Positions 17,923 to 26,247 of a DNA stretch of 64,000 bases are shown here, piece after piece. How positions within the stretch are numbered: position 1 is the first letter of the stretch; each line of letters opens with the position of its first letter. The stretch comes from Microgenomates group bacterium. GTDB lineage: Bacteria; Patescibacteriota; Microgenomatia; UBA12405. The position numbers and the translations under genes were made by a program. Location of the stretch: contig JBAQNJ010000001.1 in assembly GCA_049303675.1 (NCBI GenBank), positions 199,494-263,493 of the forward strand, in the 5' to 3' direction. The notes under the pieces were generated by a model that worked only from the letters and a program-made list of their open reading frames with translations, was not told where the DNA came from and did no database searches.

Positions 17923-18177
17923 ATGACCACCAAAAGTAATTCACCAAAATCCGAATCATTCTCTGTCAATGGCGAAGAATTGCTCAAAAAAGTCAAACAG
18001 CTTATTCACGAGGGCAATATTCGCCAAATCAGCATCGAGGACAAATCTGGCAAAACTATTCTCATCTTTCCTCTGACTGTTGGTGTTGTTGGCGCTGTTC
18101 TCGTCCCGCCTCTAGCCGCCATTGGTGCCCTAGCTGCTCTTCTTACCGAATGTACTATCCGAGTCGAGAGAAAATAA
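17923..18177 (+). CDS. DUF4342-like small protein
   Basis: SFSVNGEELLKKVKQLIHEGNIRQISIEDKSGKTILIFPLTVGVVGAVL...AALLTECTIRVER matches the DUF4342 pattern. The start was trimmed to MTTKSN. Confidence 0.55.
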   Translation: MTTKSNSPKSESFSVNGEELLKKVKQLIHEGNIRQISIEDKSGKTILIFPLTVGVVGAVLVPPLAAIGALAALLTECTIRVERK

Positions 18178-18219
18178 TCTCTTAATCTCCACTTAATCCA
18201 ACGGCAGTATAATCAATCA

Positions 18220-19458
18220 ATGAAAAATTTTGTTATCTTTGGTGTCAGTGGTGACCTTTCCCAGAGATACATCTTACCCGCCCTTGGTAATTTAGCTGCT
18301 TCCGGCCATCACTTTAATTATTTTGGGTTTTCTCGCCAATCAGTTGATCAATCAACTATAAATTTCTCTCAAAATATAAAATATTTTACCGGTAACTATG
18401 ACTATCAGGGTCTTTCCAAAATGTCTAAATTTCTTACCCCTGATACTATCTTTTATTTTTCTATCCCTACCAGTTATGAGCTCATTGTCTCCCTTGTTTC
18501 CGGTCTATTACAACATCATTTGATTGGTGATCACACTCGCCTCGTTATTGAAAAACCCTTTGGTACTGATTATCAATCAGCCCAAAAACTCATGGATTAT
18601 CTGACCGCCAGTGTCGGTCAGGATAAGGTTTTTTTGGTTGATCACTACCTTAGCAAAGAATTGGTTCGTAACCTTATCTCTCTTCGTTTTGCCAATCCTA
18701 TTATTCACCAGTTGTGGAACAAAGAGCATATCGCCAGAATCAACATTATTGCTGTTGAATCAGCCGGGATTGGTACCCGCAGCCGATATTATGACCAAAT
18801 TGGCGCTATTCGCGATATGATTCAAAATCATTGTCTCCAGCTCCTCGCCATTTCCACCATGTCCGAGCCAGCCAGCTTTGACCAGTCGTCATTCTCTCTC
18901 GAAAAACTAAAAATTATCAACCATCTCGTCCTCACCCAGAAAATCAAAAAAAACGTCAGTATTGGCCAATATCACGGCTATCTTCAGGAATCAGGAGTGG
19001 ATCCCCAGTCCCTTACTGAGACTCTTGCTCAAATAAGTTTTGAAATTAATCTCCCTCACTGGCGGGGAGTTCCTATCACTATCACCACCGGTAAAAAAAT
19101 GGATCAAAAATTGACTGAAATAAATATTATCTTCAAAAAAGCTAGGTCTCTCAAACTCTGGAAAGAAGCTCATAGTCTCAACCCCAACGTTCTCTCAATT
19201 AATCTCTCCCCCCATGCCGACATTTTTCTGTCCCTAAACTCCAGTTTTCAGCCCCACAATCAGCTTCCTCAGCCACAGAACTTACATCTCGGCAGCCTAT
19301 CAGTTAGCCCCAGCTCCGCCTACGAAAGTGTCATTTTGGATATTCTCCACGGCGTCAACATCAATTCCCCTTCCTTTGCCGAGATAATTGCCCAGTGGAA
19401 AATAGTCGATAAAATAATCCACCTCCCTCATCTCCGAGACAAACTTTTTTATTATTAA
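18220..19458 (+). CDS. zwf: glucose-6-phosphate 1-dehydrogenase (short form)
   Basis: FVIFGVSGDLSQRYILPAL at the N-terminus. VDHYLSKE matches the RIDHYLGKE motif. WNKEHIARINIIAVESAGIGTRSRYYDQIGAIRDMIQNHCLQLLA matches the G6PD pattern. Confidence 0.8.
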   Translation: MKNFVIFGVSGDLSQRYILPALGNLAASGHHFNYFGFSRQSVDQSTINFSQNIKYFTGNYDYQGLSKMSKFLTPDTIFYFSIPTSYELIVSLVSGLLQHHLIGDHTRLVIEKPFGTDYQSAQKLMDYLTASVGQDKVFLVDHYLSKELVRNLISLRFANPIIHQLWNKEHIARINIIAVESAGIGTRSRYYDQIGAIRDMIQNHCLQLLAISTMSEPASFDQSSFSLEKLKIINHLVLTQKIKKNVSIGQYHGYLQESGVDPQSLTETLAQISFEINLPHWRGVPITITTGKKMDQKLTEINIIFKKARSLKLWKEAHSLNPNVLSINLSPHADIFLSLNSSFQPHNQLPQPQNLHLGSLSVSPSSAYESVILDILHGVNINSPSFAEIIAQWKIVDKIIHLPHLRDKLFYY

Positions 19459-19459
19459 C

Positions 19460-19618
19460 TTATTTTTTCTTGGCTTTCCTTGAGGTCTTTTTCTTTACTA
19501 CTTTCTTGACAGTCTTTTTTGGGGGCGTCTTGCAACAATCAGGACCGCAGTCCTCAATTAACCCCAAACTTTTACCTATTTTACAAACAAAACAATTACA
19601 ACATCCACCGTGGTCCAT
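19460..19618 (-). CDS. unannotated 52-aa Cys-rich peptide with a Lys-rich tail, immediately downstream of the histidine kinase
   Basis: Hand translation: MDHGGCCNCFVCKIGKSLGLIEDCGPDCCKTPPKKTVKKVVKKKTSRKAKKK. It has 8 Cys. It is below the 60-aa cutoff of the ORF track. Confidence 0.45.
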   Translation of the reverse strand: MDHGGCCNCFVCKIGKSLGLIEDCGPDCCKTPPKKTVKKVVKKKTSRKAKKK

Positions 19619-19645
19619 AAATATATTTAACAATTAATTAATCCA

Positions 19646-21046
19646 TTAAACCATATTTTCCACACTCAGTGTTACTCTAGTCCCACCAACATATTCCTTA
19701 TCATATTCTATCTTCCATGCGTTTCTTTCGCAGATCTGTTTAACCAGCGACATTCCTACTCCAAACCCCAACACTCTTGACTGGTGTTTTTCACCCCGAG
19801 TAAACCGCTCGAATACTTTACTAAATATTTTTTTATCTATTCCTTCGCCTTGATCACAGACTTCAAATATATACTCTGAGTTTATTCTATTCATAGATAT
19901 TTTTATCTCTCCACTCCTTCGGTTATACTTTATGGCGTTTGAAATCAAGTTTGCCATTGCCAGTTCGAAGCCTACTTTATCACACTTAATCAACACCGTT
20001 GGTTCAATTTCATTCAGGCATTTTAGATTCATCTCTGCAATTTTTATTTCCTGTTCTTTGCAGATCAGGTCGACCACTGTTTTTGGCGAAAAATTTTCTC
20101 TCACAATTTTTACTTCATTACGGTCATATCTTGATAACAGCAATAATTCATCCACCCTACGGGATAATTGCATCAACTCATCTTTTGTTGAATTAATTTT
20201 TTTCCTCTGTATTTCGTCATTTGTATCCAGTTTCAATACCTCCAATGTCGATACTACCCTTGCCAGCGGAGTCTTCAATTCATGCGAAGCATTGGAAATA
20301 AACGACTTTTGTTTTTCCAATCCATCCGCCAGTCTGTCCAGTAGCCGATTATATGCTCTTACCAATATTCCCACTTCATCGTTTTCATTACCCACATAAT
20401 CAATTTTATCTCCCAAATTTTCAATCCCCACCTTCTCCATCGCCTCGACTACATCATCTAGAGATCGGAAAACTATTCCCACCAGTTGGTGCGACAATGG
20501 CCAGCTCAGCAGCATACTCAGTACCAGTATTGTCAATATTAGCCAGCCAGCTATTTCCCCAAAGTGCCCAAAAATTAGCATAGGTGAGGCCAGTATCAGT
20601 TCTCCCACTTGCTTCCCCTCATCCAAAATTGGCACCGACAAAATCATATATTTTTCTCCGGACTTACCTACAAAGTTAGCATACTGAGTTTCCTGACTGT
20701 TCCAGTTGTAGCTAGCCACCTCAGCTTCGTTTTGAAATATGCCATATTTAGCCACTGCCTCATTGCCCCCATCCAAAATTTGGGCAGACATATTTTCATC
20801 CCGCAAGTAAGCGCTCAAGGTTCTCCCTTCATCATCTAATCGGAATTTAATTTCACCCTCTTCAAAAAACAGTCTATTAGTTACCATCTCCTTCGCCACA
20901 CCTTCTAGCCCACTCCTCATTCCCCGACTTGAAAACCAGTAATACCCTCCGGCCAATACCGACATTGATATTACTAGGGTAATCCCAATATACATTAAGA
21001 TATAAATCCACGCTCTAGTTTTTATCGCCAGTGGCGCATATTGCAT
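19646..21046 (-). CDS. sensor histidine kinase (2 TM, HAMP, HisKA, HATPase)
   Basis: H-box SNASHELKTPL. N, G1 and G2 boxes present (NAIKYN, DQGEGI, GFGVGMS). Confidence 0.9.
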   Translation of the reverse strand: MQYAPLAIKTRAWIYILMYIGITLVISMSVLAGGYYWFSSRGMRSGLEGVAKEMVTNRLFFEEGEIKFRLDDEGRTLSAYLRDENMSAQILDGGNEAVAKYGIFQNEAEVASYNWNSQETQYANFVGKSGEKYMILSVPILDEGKQVGELILASPMLIFGHFGEIAGWLILTILVLSMLLSWPLSHQLVGIVFRSLDDVVEAMEKVGIENLGDKIDYVGNENDEVGILVRAYNRLLDRLADGLEKQKSFISNASHELKTPLARVVSTLEVLKLDTNDEIQRKKINSTKDELMQLSRRVDELLLLSRYDRNEVKIVRENFSPKTVVDLICKEQEIKIAEMNLKCLNEIEPTVLIKCDKVGFELAMANLISNAIKYNRRSGEIKISMNRINSEYIFEVCDQGEGIDKKIFSKVFERFTRGEKHQSRVLGFGVGMSLVKQICERNAWKIEYDKEYVGGTRVTLSVENMV

Positions 21047-21698
21047 ATCCTTTACCTTTTATAGTTTTTATTAACTTGTTCTTACTTCCCTTATCTATTT
21101 TATTCCTCAAATAACGAATATGGACATCGACAGTATTGGAAAATATATTAGCATTTTCATCCCAGACATGAGCCAACAGATCAATCCTTGATACCGACTC
21201 ATTAACTCTCACCGCCAAATATTCCAAAAGAGCATATTCCTTAGTAGACAGCACAATTTCCCTGCCCGCCCTTTTTACCGTTCGAATGGCGGTATTAATT
21301 TCCAAGTTATCAATTTTTATAATTGGGCTATTAGCCACTCCGCTTCTCCGTAGAGCCGATCTAATTCTGGCTAGCAATTCCTCACTATCAAATGGTTTAG
21401 TGATATAGTCATCCGCCCCTGCATCCAGACCTTCAATTTTATCCTCAATTTGGCTATTGGCCGTCAACATTATTATTTTAACTTCCTTATTTTCCTTTCT
21501 TATCTCTCGGCATAGATCCATTCCTGACCCATCAGGCAGTTTCCAGTCCAATAGAATTAAATCATAATCAGGTGAAATTAGTTTATCATTAGCTTCCATC
21601 ACATTTTTCGCCGTATCTACCGCATAGCTGAATCGTCGGAGTATCGTGGCAAAATTTTCCAGCAGTGTTGTATCATCCTCGACAAACAATATTCTCAT
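21015..21698 (-). CDS. OmpR-family response regulator
   Basis: Receiver domain (MRILFVEDD...LLDWKLPDGSG...K) plus a winged-helix C-terminus. Confidence 0.9.
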   Translation of the reverse strand: MRILFVEDDTTLLENFATILRRFSYAVDTAKNVMEANDKLISPDYDLILLDWKLPDGSGMDLCREIRKENKEVKIIMLTANSQIEDKIEGLDAGADDYITKPFDSEELLARIRSALRRSGVANSPIIKIDNLEINTAIRTVKRAGREIVLSTKEYALLEYLAVRVNESVSRIDLLAHVWDENANIFSNTVDVHIRYLRNKIDKGSKNKLIKTIKGKGYAICATGDKN

Positions 21699-21711
21699 AT
21701 ATTTTTTTTAA

Positions 21712-21749
21712 TTCTGTTAAATTTTCTTTATTTTTATTTCTGTTAAATT
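21712..21749. promoter_or_regulatory. two exact 12-nt direct repeats (TTCTGTTAAATT) 14 nt apart in the response-regulator upstream region
   Basis: Seen directly at 21712-21723 and 21738-21749. OmpR-family regulators bind direct repeats. Confidence 0.3.
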
Positions 21750-21774
21750 CTTAAATTCAATTAAATTTTATTAT

Positions 21775-22251
21775 TTATATTCTTGTTAACTGATTTAAAA
21801 ATGAATTTGGATGTCGGTTGTGGAAAGTAGCTGACATATCCGCCCCACATTGGAATATGTCTCCCCCCGAATGTTGGTTTCTAAAACTCGTCACATCGTA
21901 TCTCCCCCCATCAATCGTAATAATGCACCGATTGTCTACTACCGGTGCTGTTGTTGGTTGTACCGTTTGAGGTGCACTTGTTGGATTATTTGGTTGTGAA
22001 TTAGGACTTTGTGAAGGCTGGGGTTGGCTAAATATCGCCGCAAACGGATCAGGATTATTTGCCACCACTCTTGATTTAGGCTTGGGTTTTACTGTTGGTA
22101 TTACGGTGGGCACCTCAGTCGGTATTGGAAAATTGGCTACGATTGGTGCAGTTGATATGGGTACGTTTGGCTTTTTCAGCGCCATCACCACTGCTCCCAA
22201 CATTATGAAGTTAAACAGAGCAATTAAAAAGGCAATTTTTATTAGTTTCAT
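21775..22251 (-). CDS. secreted cytochrome b5-like heme-binding domain protein with a Pro-rich linker
   Basis: Signal or TM anchor, a P/T/Q-rich spacer, then CIITIDGGRYDVTSFRNQHSGGDIFQCGADMSATFHNRH. This aligns with the b5 core (VYDLTKFLEEHPGGEEVL..AGGDATE.FEDVGHS) including both His ligands. Confidence 0.65.
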   Translation of the reverse strand: MKLIKIAFLIALFNFIMLGAVVMALKKPNVPISTAPIVANFPIPTEVPTVIPTVKPKPKSRVVANNPDPFAAIFSQPQPSQSPNSQPNNPTSAPQTVQPTTAPVVDNRCIITIDGGRYDVTSFRNQHSGGDIFQCGADMSATFHNRHPNSFLNQLTRI

Positions 22252-23531
22252 TATTTAAAGGCAAAATCTTCAAAAATAATATTGTTACTGTGTACCCCAT
22301 TGGCCCTTAGTTGGGTTACCATACTTTCCATCATCGCCAGTGGTCCACAAATATAAAATCGTTTGTCAGTTATCTTTCCCAGCATTTCCAGCAGAATACT
22401 AACATTGATTCTCGGCTTATTACCCCCAAAGAATCTATAATATTTTAGGTTTAACATCTGTTCCGATAGTACGGTTATTTCATTATCATAGACCGCATCC
22501 TCTACGCTAGCAGCTCCATAAAACATATGAACAGTTCTCGACAAAGGTGTCTGTTTCTCTTTGGCCAACATACTCAAAAACGGAGTCACCCCAATTCCTC
22601 CTCCAATCATCACCACATCACCACTCTTCTCATAATTCTTATAAAACCTCCCATACGGTCCCCACACGCTAGCCATCGTCCCTGTTTTTAATTGCCTTAG
22701 TTTCAAAGTATGATCTCCTAGCGCCTTAATCGAAAATCTAATCTCCTCCGAGTCTGGTCCTGACGAAATCGTGAACGGGTGTTTTTCCGCCAATTCTGGG
22801 ATATCAAAGTTAACAAAAGCAAATTGCCCCGCCCTAAACCTCATTTTGTCTCCAACCGCCGCTAGGTATATTTCCAGAATGTCTCCCATTTTTTTGACTT
22901 CTTTTACTCGATATTTATATTTAGGACCGAGGCCTCCATACAGCACTACCTTATATACAAATGAAAACAATGCCAATCCCAAAAATACAAAAATCCAAAT
23001 CCGAAGTGGCATATATCTCGACACATCACTACTTATCATAAAAATATGTAGTGCCCCCAGTAGTAGTGTCAGTCCCAAAAAGTCATGTGTTTTCAGCCAC
23101 ATATCATAAGGTAATTTAACGACAAAAGTCAGCAACAGTGCCAAAATCATCACATATAATGCCCCCACCCCGAGGTTATAACTCACCGTCGACGATAACC
23201 AATAGTATCTTGCCGCCAATTGATAGTTTGGCAGGGCATCGACAGCCAAAAATAGGGGATGGTTAATTAGCATAATAAATGACAATCCGCCCACAATATG
23301 ATGCGTTTTCATTACTTTATCCATGCCTCCAAACATATATTCCAAAAAGAAAGCCCGACTACTCAAAATGAAGCTCCATGCCAACAGCATCGTTCCCAAA
23401 AGTGAAATCAGTTGAGATGCACTTAGCCATGGCATTTGTCGGATTACTCCGATATCGCTCTTTGACATCACATACAGTCCAGTAGTAGTCATTATGGCTA
23501 GCCATATTAGCCAGTTACCTATATATTTCAT
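22251..23531 (-). CDS. NOX/ferric-reductase (FRE) family flavocytochrome: 6-TM bis-heme domain plus FAD and NAD(P)H-binding domains
   Basis: His pairs in TM helices (HHIVGGLSFIMLINH and HDFLGLTLLLGALH). FAD motif HPFTISSGP. NADPH motif MIGGGIGVTPFLSML. Confidence 0.85.
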   Translation of the reverse strand: MKYIGNWLIWLAIMTTTGLYVMSKSDIGVIRQMPWLSASQLISLLGTMLLAWSFILSSRAFFLEYMFGGMDKVMKTHHIVGGLSFIMLINHPLFLAVDALPNYQLAARYYWLSSTVSYNLGVGALYVMILALLLTFVVKLPYDMWLKTHDFLGLTLLLGALHIFMISSDVSRYMPLRIWIFVFLGLALFSFVYKVVLYGGLGPKYKYRVKEVKKMGDILEIYLAAVGDKMRFRAGQFAFVNFDIPELAEKHPFTISSGPDSEEIRFSIKALGDHTLKLRQLKTGTMASVWGPYGRFYKNYEKSGDVVMIGGGIGVTPFLSMLAKEKQTPLSRTVHMFYGAASVEDAVYDNEITVLSEQMLNLKYYRFFGGNKPRINVSILLEMLGKITDKRFYICGPLAMMESMVTQLRANGVHSNNIIFEDFAFK

Positions 23532-23547
23532 CTATCAATTATATGGC

Positions 23548-24213
23548 TTAATCGTCAATTTCTTCAGATTCAACTTCCCTTCTCTCGCTATTTCTATTCT
23601 CCCGACTTTCATACCTGTCTCTGTTTTCACTATCTTCTCTCTCATCATCGTCATCTTCAAAATCACGAACACTTGACTCATCTTTGGCCCCAGTAGGCTT
23701 GACGGTCGTGGTCGGGATAGCTGTTGGTGTCCTTGTTGGCTCTATACTCGGAGTTACCGTCAAAAAGACAGGTGCAGTTGTTACTGTTGGGGTGATTGCC
23801 CCACCGACTAAGAATTGTTGCATTTTATCTACGTTTGTACCGTACTTAGCTGAATATTTACTGGTCATATCTCCGCCACAGTTAAACAAATCACCATTTT
23901 TCCCTTGACCATTGGGTGTAGTTACATCATATTCTTTTCCAAATAGCGTAATAATACACTTACCACTGGTTTTCTTAGGTTGTTCTACTTCAATTTCGTG
24001 CAGATCAACTGGCGCTGACTCGGGTGTCACAGTTGGTACAGCTTCAGTTAATATTTTTGGTTTCGACATCTCTAATCCACTTTTGGGTATTCTATTTTCT
24101 CCCATTGCTGCCGTTGCTTTTGATGCAGCAATACCCATTGTCCCTACCGAAATACCAGCAGTTAGTAGTAACATTAGCTTAAATCCTAGAGTTGATAATA
24201 GTGATTCGTTCAT
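23548..24213 (-). CDS. secreted b5-like domain paralog lacking both canonical His ligands, with a T/P-rich linker and a poly-acidic C-terminal tail
   Basis: CIITLFGKEYDVTTPNGQGKNGDLFNCGGDMTSKY is the same fold pattern without His. The tail is DFEDDDDEREDSENRDRYESRENRNSERREVESEEIDD. Confidence 0.6.
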   Translation of the reverse strand: MNESLLSTLGFKLMLLLTAGISVGTMGIAASKATAAMGENRIPKSGLEMSKPKILTEAVPTVTPESAPVDLHEIEVEQPKKTSGKCIITLFGKEYDVTTPNGQGKNGDLFNCGGDMTSKYSAKYGTNVDKMQQFLVGGAITPTVTTAPVFLTVTPSIEPTRTPTAIPTTTVKPTGAKDESSVRDFEDDDDEREDSENRDRYESRENRNSERREVESEEIDD

Positions 24214-24270
24214 AATTAGTTAAATTCTAATGGGTCATTGTATCTCAGCCAACATTAAGATTTGATTAAC

Positions 24271-24603
24271 TTATTTAACCAATCTGGCCACAATTGGGTA
24301 TTTTCGTCTAATTATCGCTCCACCGGCTATGTTTAAATCAGTTGTCGAGTCTTTTCCCGCCAAAAAGTTATAAACTGCGCCTTTTTCATAAAATTTTTTG
24401 CCACTAGTCACATCATAAACATTGCCCTCATAGGCCAAATATATTGGCAATTTTGGATCACTTCCATCATGTTTAGACAATTCACTCAAAGTCATTGGTT
24501 TCAAATTTTGATCCACCACCGTCGGTGCTTTTTGAAAAAAGGGCAATTGTTTAGCCAACAAATATGTTCCCATGACCAATCCCAAAGTCAACAAAACCAT
24601 CAA
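24271..24603 (-). CDS. MAPR/PGRMC-like cytochrome b5-type heme/steroid-binding domain protein with an N-terminal TM anchor
   Basis: LSELSKHDGSDPKLPIYLAYEGNVYDVTSGKKFYEKGAVYNFLAGKDSTTDL matches the MAPR pattern (KPI..AV.G.VFDVT.G.KFYGP.GPY..FAGRDASR.L). Confidence 0.6.
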   Translation of the reverse strand: MMVLLTLGLVMGTYLLAKQLPFFQKAPTVVDQNLKPMTLSELSKHDGSDPKLPIYLAYEGNVYDVTSGKKFYEKGAVYNFLAGKDSTTDLNIAGGAIIRRKYPIVARLVK

Positions 24604-24630
24604 CCCACTCTTAATATATTTAATTAATTT

Positions 24631-24658
24631 CGTAATTAGTAATTCGTAATTAGTAATT
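24631..24658. repeat. exact 14-nt tandem duplication (CGTAATTAGTAATT x2) in the cupin/MAPR intergenic space
   Basis: Seen directly. Confidence 0.5.
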
Positions 24659-25055
24659 ATTCTGTCGTTACTCCATCAAATTCAGGACTATTAGTCTCGG
24701 CCTCAGCTTTGGTTGCTCGGACCACCTTGTCTTGATGATGTGCCGGAGAATAAATAGTATACAGTTTTAGCATTTCTGTCTCCGAAGTATTGATCACATT
24801 ATGGTTTGCTCCAGCCGGTACTACAATTGCCGATCCGTTGGTCACCGTATACTCATGGTCATCAATAATTACCTTGCCAAATCCACTCTCAAATCTAAAA
24901 AACTGGTCATTCTCCCTATGGACCTCCATCCCAATTTCTTCTTTTGGTATTAGGTTCATCAATACCAGCTGACTATGTTTACTGGTGTAGAGTACTTGTC
25001 TAAAATTATTATTTTTGATTGTCGCTTCTTCGATGTTTATATTAAATCCATTCAT
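24657..25055 (-). CDS. cupin-domain protein
   Basis: Small beta-barrel pattern with the two cupin motifs (G.EVHRENDQFF...G / PAGANHNV). Confidence 0.6.
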   Translation of the reverse strand: MNGFNINIEEATIKNNNFRQVLYTSKHSQLVLMNLIPKEEIGMEVHRENDQFFRFESGFGKVIIDDHEYTVTNGSAIVVPAGANHNVINTSETEMLKLYTIYSPAHHQDKVVRATKAEAETNSPEFDGVTTE

Positions 25056-25088
25056 ATTACTAGTTATTAGTTAATTGTAACTAACTTA

Positions 25089-25493
25089 TTATAGACCACG
25101 ATTCAAAAAAGTTATGGAAACTTGTAAAATAGTAGCAAATCCAACCCACAGCAAATAAGGGATTTGAATATAAGCAATCCATGACTTAATTGGATAAATA
25201 ACTTGCATCGCCCAAATCAAGGTAGCAAGCACCAATATTATATCCACCATCGCCAAATAGTTGTTTTTCAAACCAAATTGTATCGGTGTAAATATAATAT
25301 TAAATAAAATATTTAGTAAAAAAGGCAACCAAACCACAACAGAAATTTGCTTACTTATAGCCATTTTAAACACATTTCCAAAAGAAATTGCTATCAGTAC
25401 ATAGAGGAATGTCCAGACCGGACCAAACAAAAAAGCAGGCGGAGCCCATGATGGTTTTATCAGTGTCGCATACCAGTTATATGTTGGAGTCAT
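25089..25493 (-). CDS. tspO: TspO/MBR (tryptophan-rich sensory protein, translocator protein) family membrane protein
   Basis: WYATLIKPSWAPPAFLFGPVWTFLYVLI matches the TspO signature (W...L.KP.W.PP...F..VW..LY). Confidence 0.8.
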   Translation of the reverse strand: MTPTYNWYATLIKPSWAPPAFLFGPVWTFLYVLIAISFGNVFKMAISKQISVVVWLPFLLNILFNIIFTPIQFGLKNNYLAMVDIILVLATLIWAMQVIYPIKSWIAYIQIPYLLWVGFATILQVSITFLNRGL

Positions 25494-25568
25494 AATTCAT
25501 TCTACTCTCTTTTAATCGCCTCTTAATCTCTCAAAAGATATCATACTTGCGTTAACCATTAAATTATT

Positions 25569-26195
25569 ATGAACAATTCAAAAAGTAATTTATTTCAAAA
25601 TGCCGTTTTACTCGGTAGTGCCCTCATTATTTCCAGTCTGGCTGCGTTTAGCTTAGTCAAAAATATCTCTCGGGTCAATGCTGCTGCCCCCTGTATTATC
25701 ACTGTCTTTGGCCAGCAATACGATGTCGCTCCTCTCCAAACCGGTCATTCAGGTGGCAATATCTTCGTTTGCGGTACTGACATGACTGCATCTTATCAGA
25801 GTATGCACGGTACTGACGTTTCTCGTATCGCCGCTTATCTTATCACCTCCACTCCGACACCTACGGTTACTGTTGCCCCCAGTGTCAGTCCCACCCCCAC
25901 AGTCACTACCACTCCCACCGTTACTCCTACGTCCTCCCCATCGCCCACAGTGGTTCCTTCGGTTAGCCCCACTGCCACACCTTCAGTTATCAAACACGAC
26001 GATGACGATGAAAATGAAATAGAGGATGAACATGAAAACGAAAATGAAGATCACGACAACGATCATGATGACAATGAACACCGTGAACGTCGTGGCGACA
26101 ATCGCTCCGATCGCGGTCAAGAGCACGGTCAAAATGAATTGCATCAAAGTAGCAATTCCCAAATAAAAGCAGACTCAAGTCATGAAGATGACTAA
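25569..26195 (+). CDS. secreted cytochrome b5-like domain protein with a T/P/S-rich linker and a His- and acid-rich C-terminal tail
   Basis: Signal peptide, then CIITVFGQQYDVAPLQTGHSGGNIFVCGTDMTASYQSMHGTD (both His present). The tail is HDDDDENEIEDEHENENEDHDNDHDDNEHRERRGD... Confidence 0.65.
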   Translation: MNNSKSNLFQNAVLLGSALIISSLAAFSLVKNISRVNAAAPCIITVFGQQYDVAPLQTGHSGGNIFVCGTDMTASYQSMHGTDVSRIAAYLITSTPTPTVTVAPSVSPTPTVTTTPTVTPTSSPSPTVVPSVSPTATPSVIKHDDDDENEIEDEHENENEDHDNDHDDNEHRERRGDNRSDRGQEHGQNELHQSSNSQIKADSSHEDD

Positions 26196-26213
26196 CCAAT
26201 AGGGAATTGTCCA

Positions 26214-26247
26214 AAAAAGCCCCGACTCCGGTCGGGGTTTTATTTTA
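26214..26247 (+). terminator. rho-independent terminator (ccccgac-tccg-gtcgggg followed by TTTTATTTT). It could act in both directions because an A-run precedes it.
   Basis: Seen directly. Confidence 0.6.

Noticed and set aside
21775-26195. Alternative assignment of the CIIT...YDVT...GG..F.CG.DM domain as a NEAT or other heme-uptake domain
   Set aside because: The spacing and residues match the cytochrome b5 core (YDxT, H[PS]GG, G.D[AM][ST], terminal H) much better than NEAT signatures.
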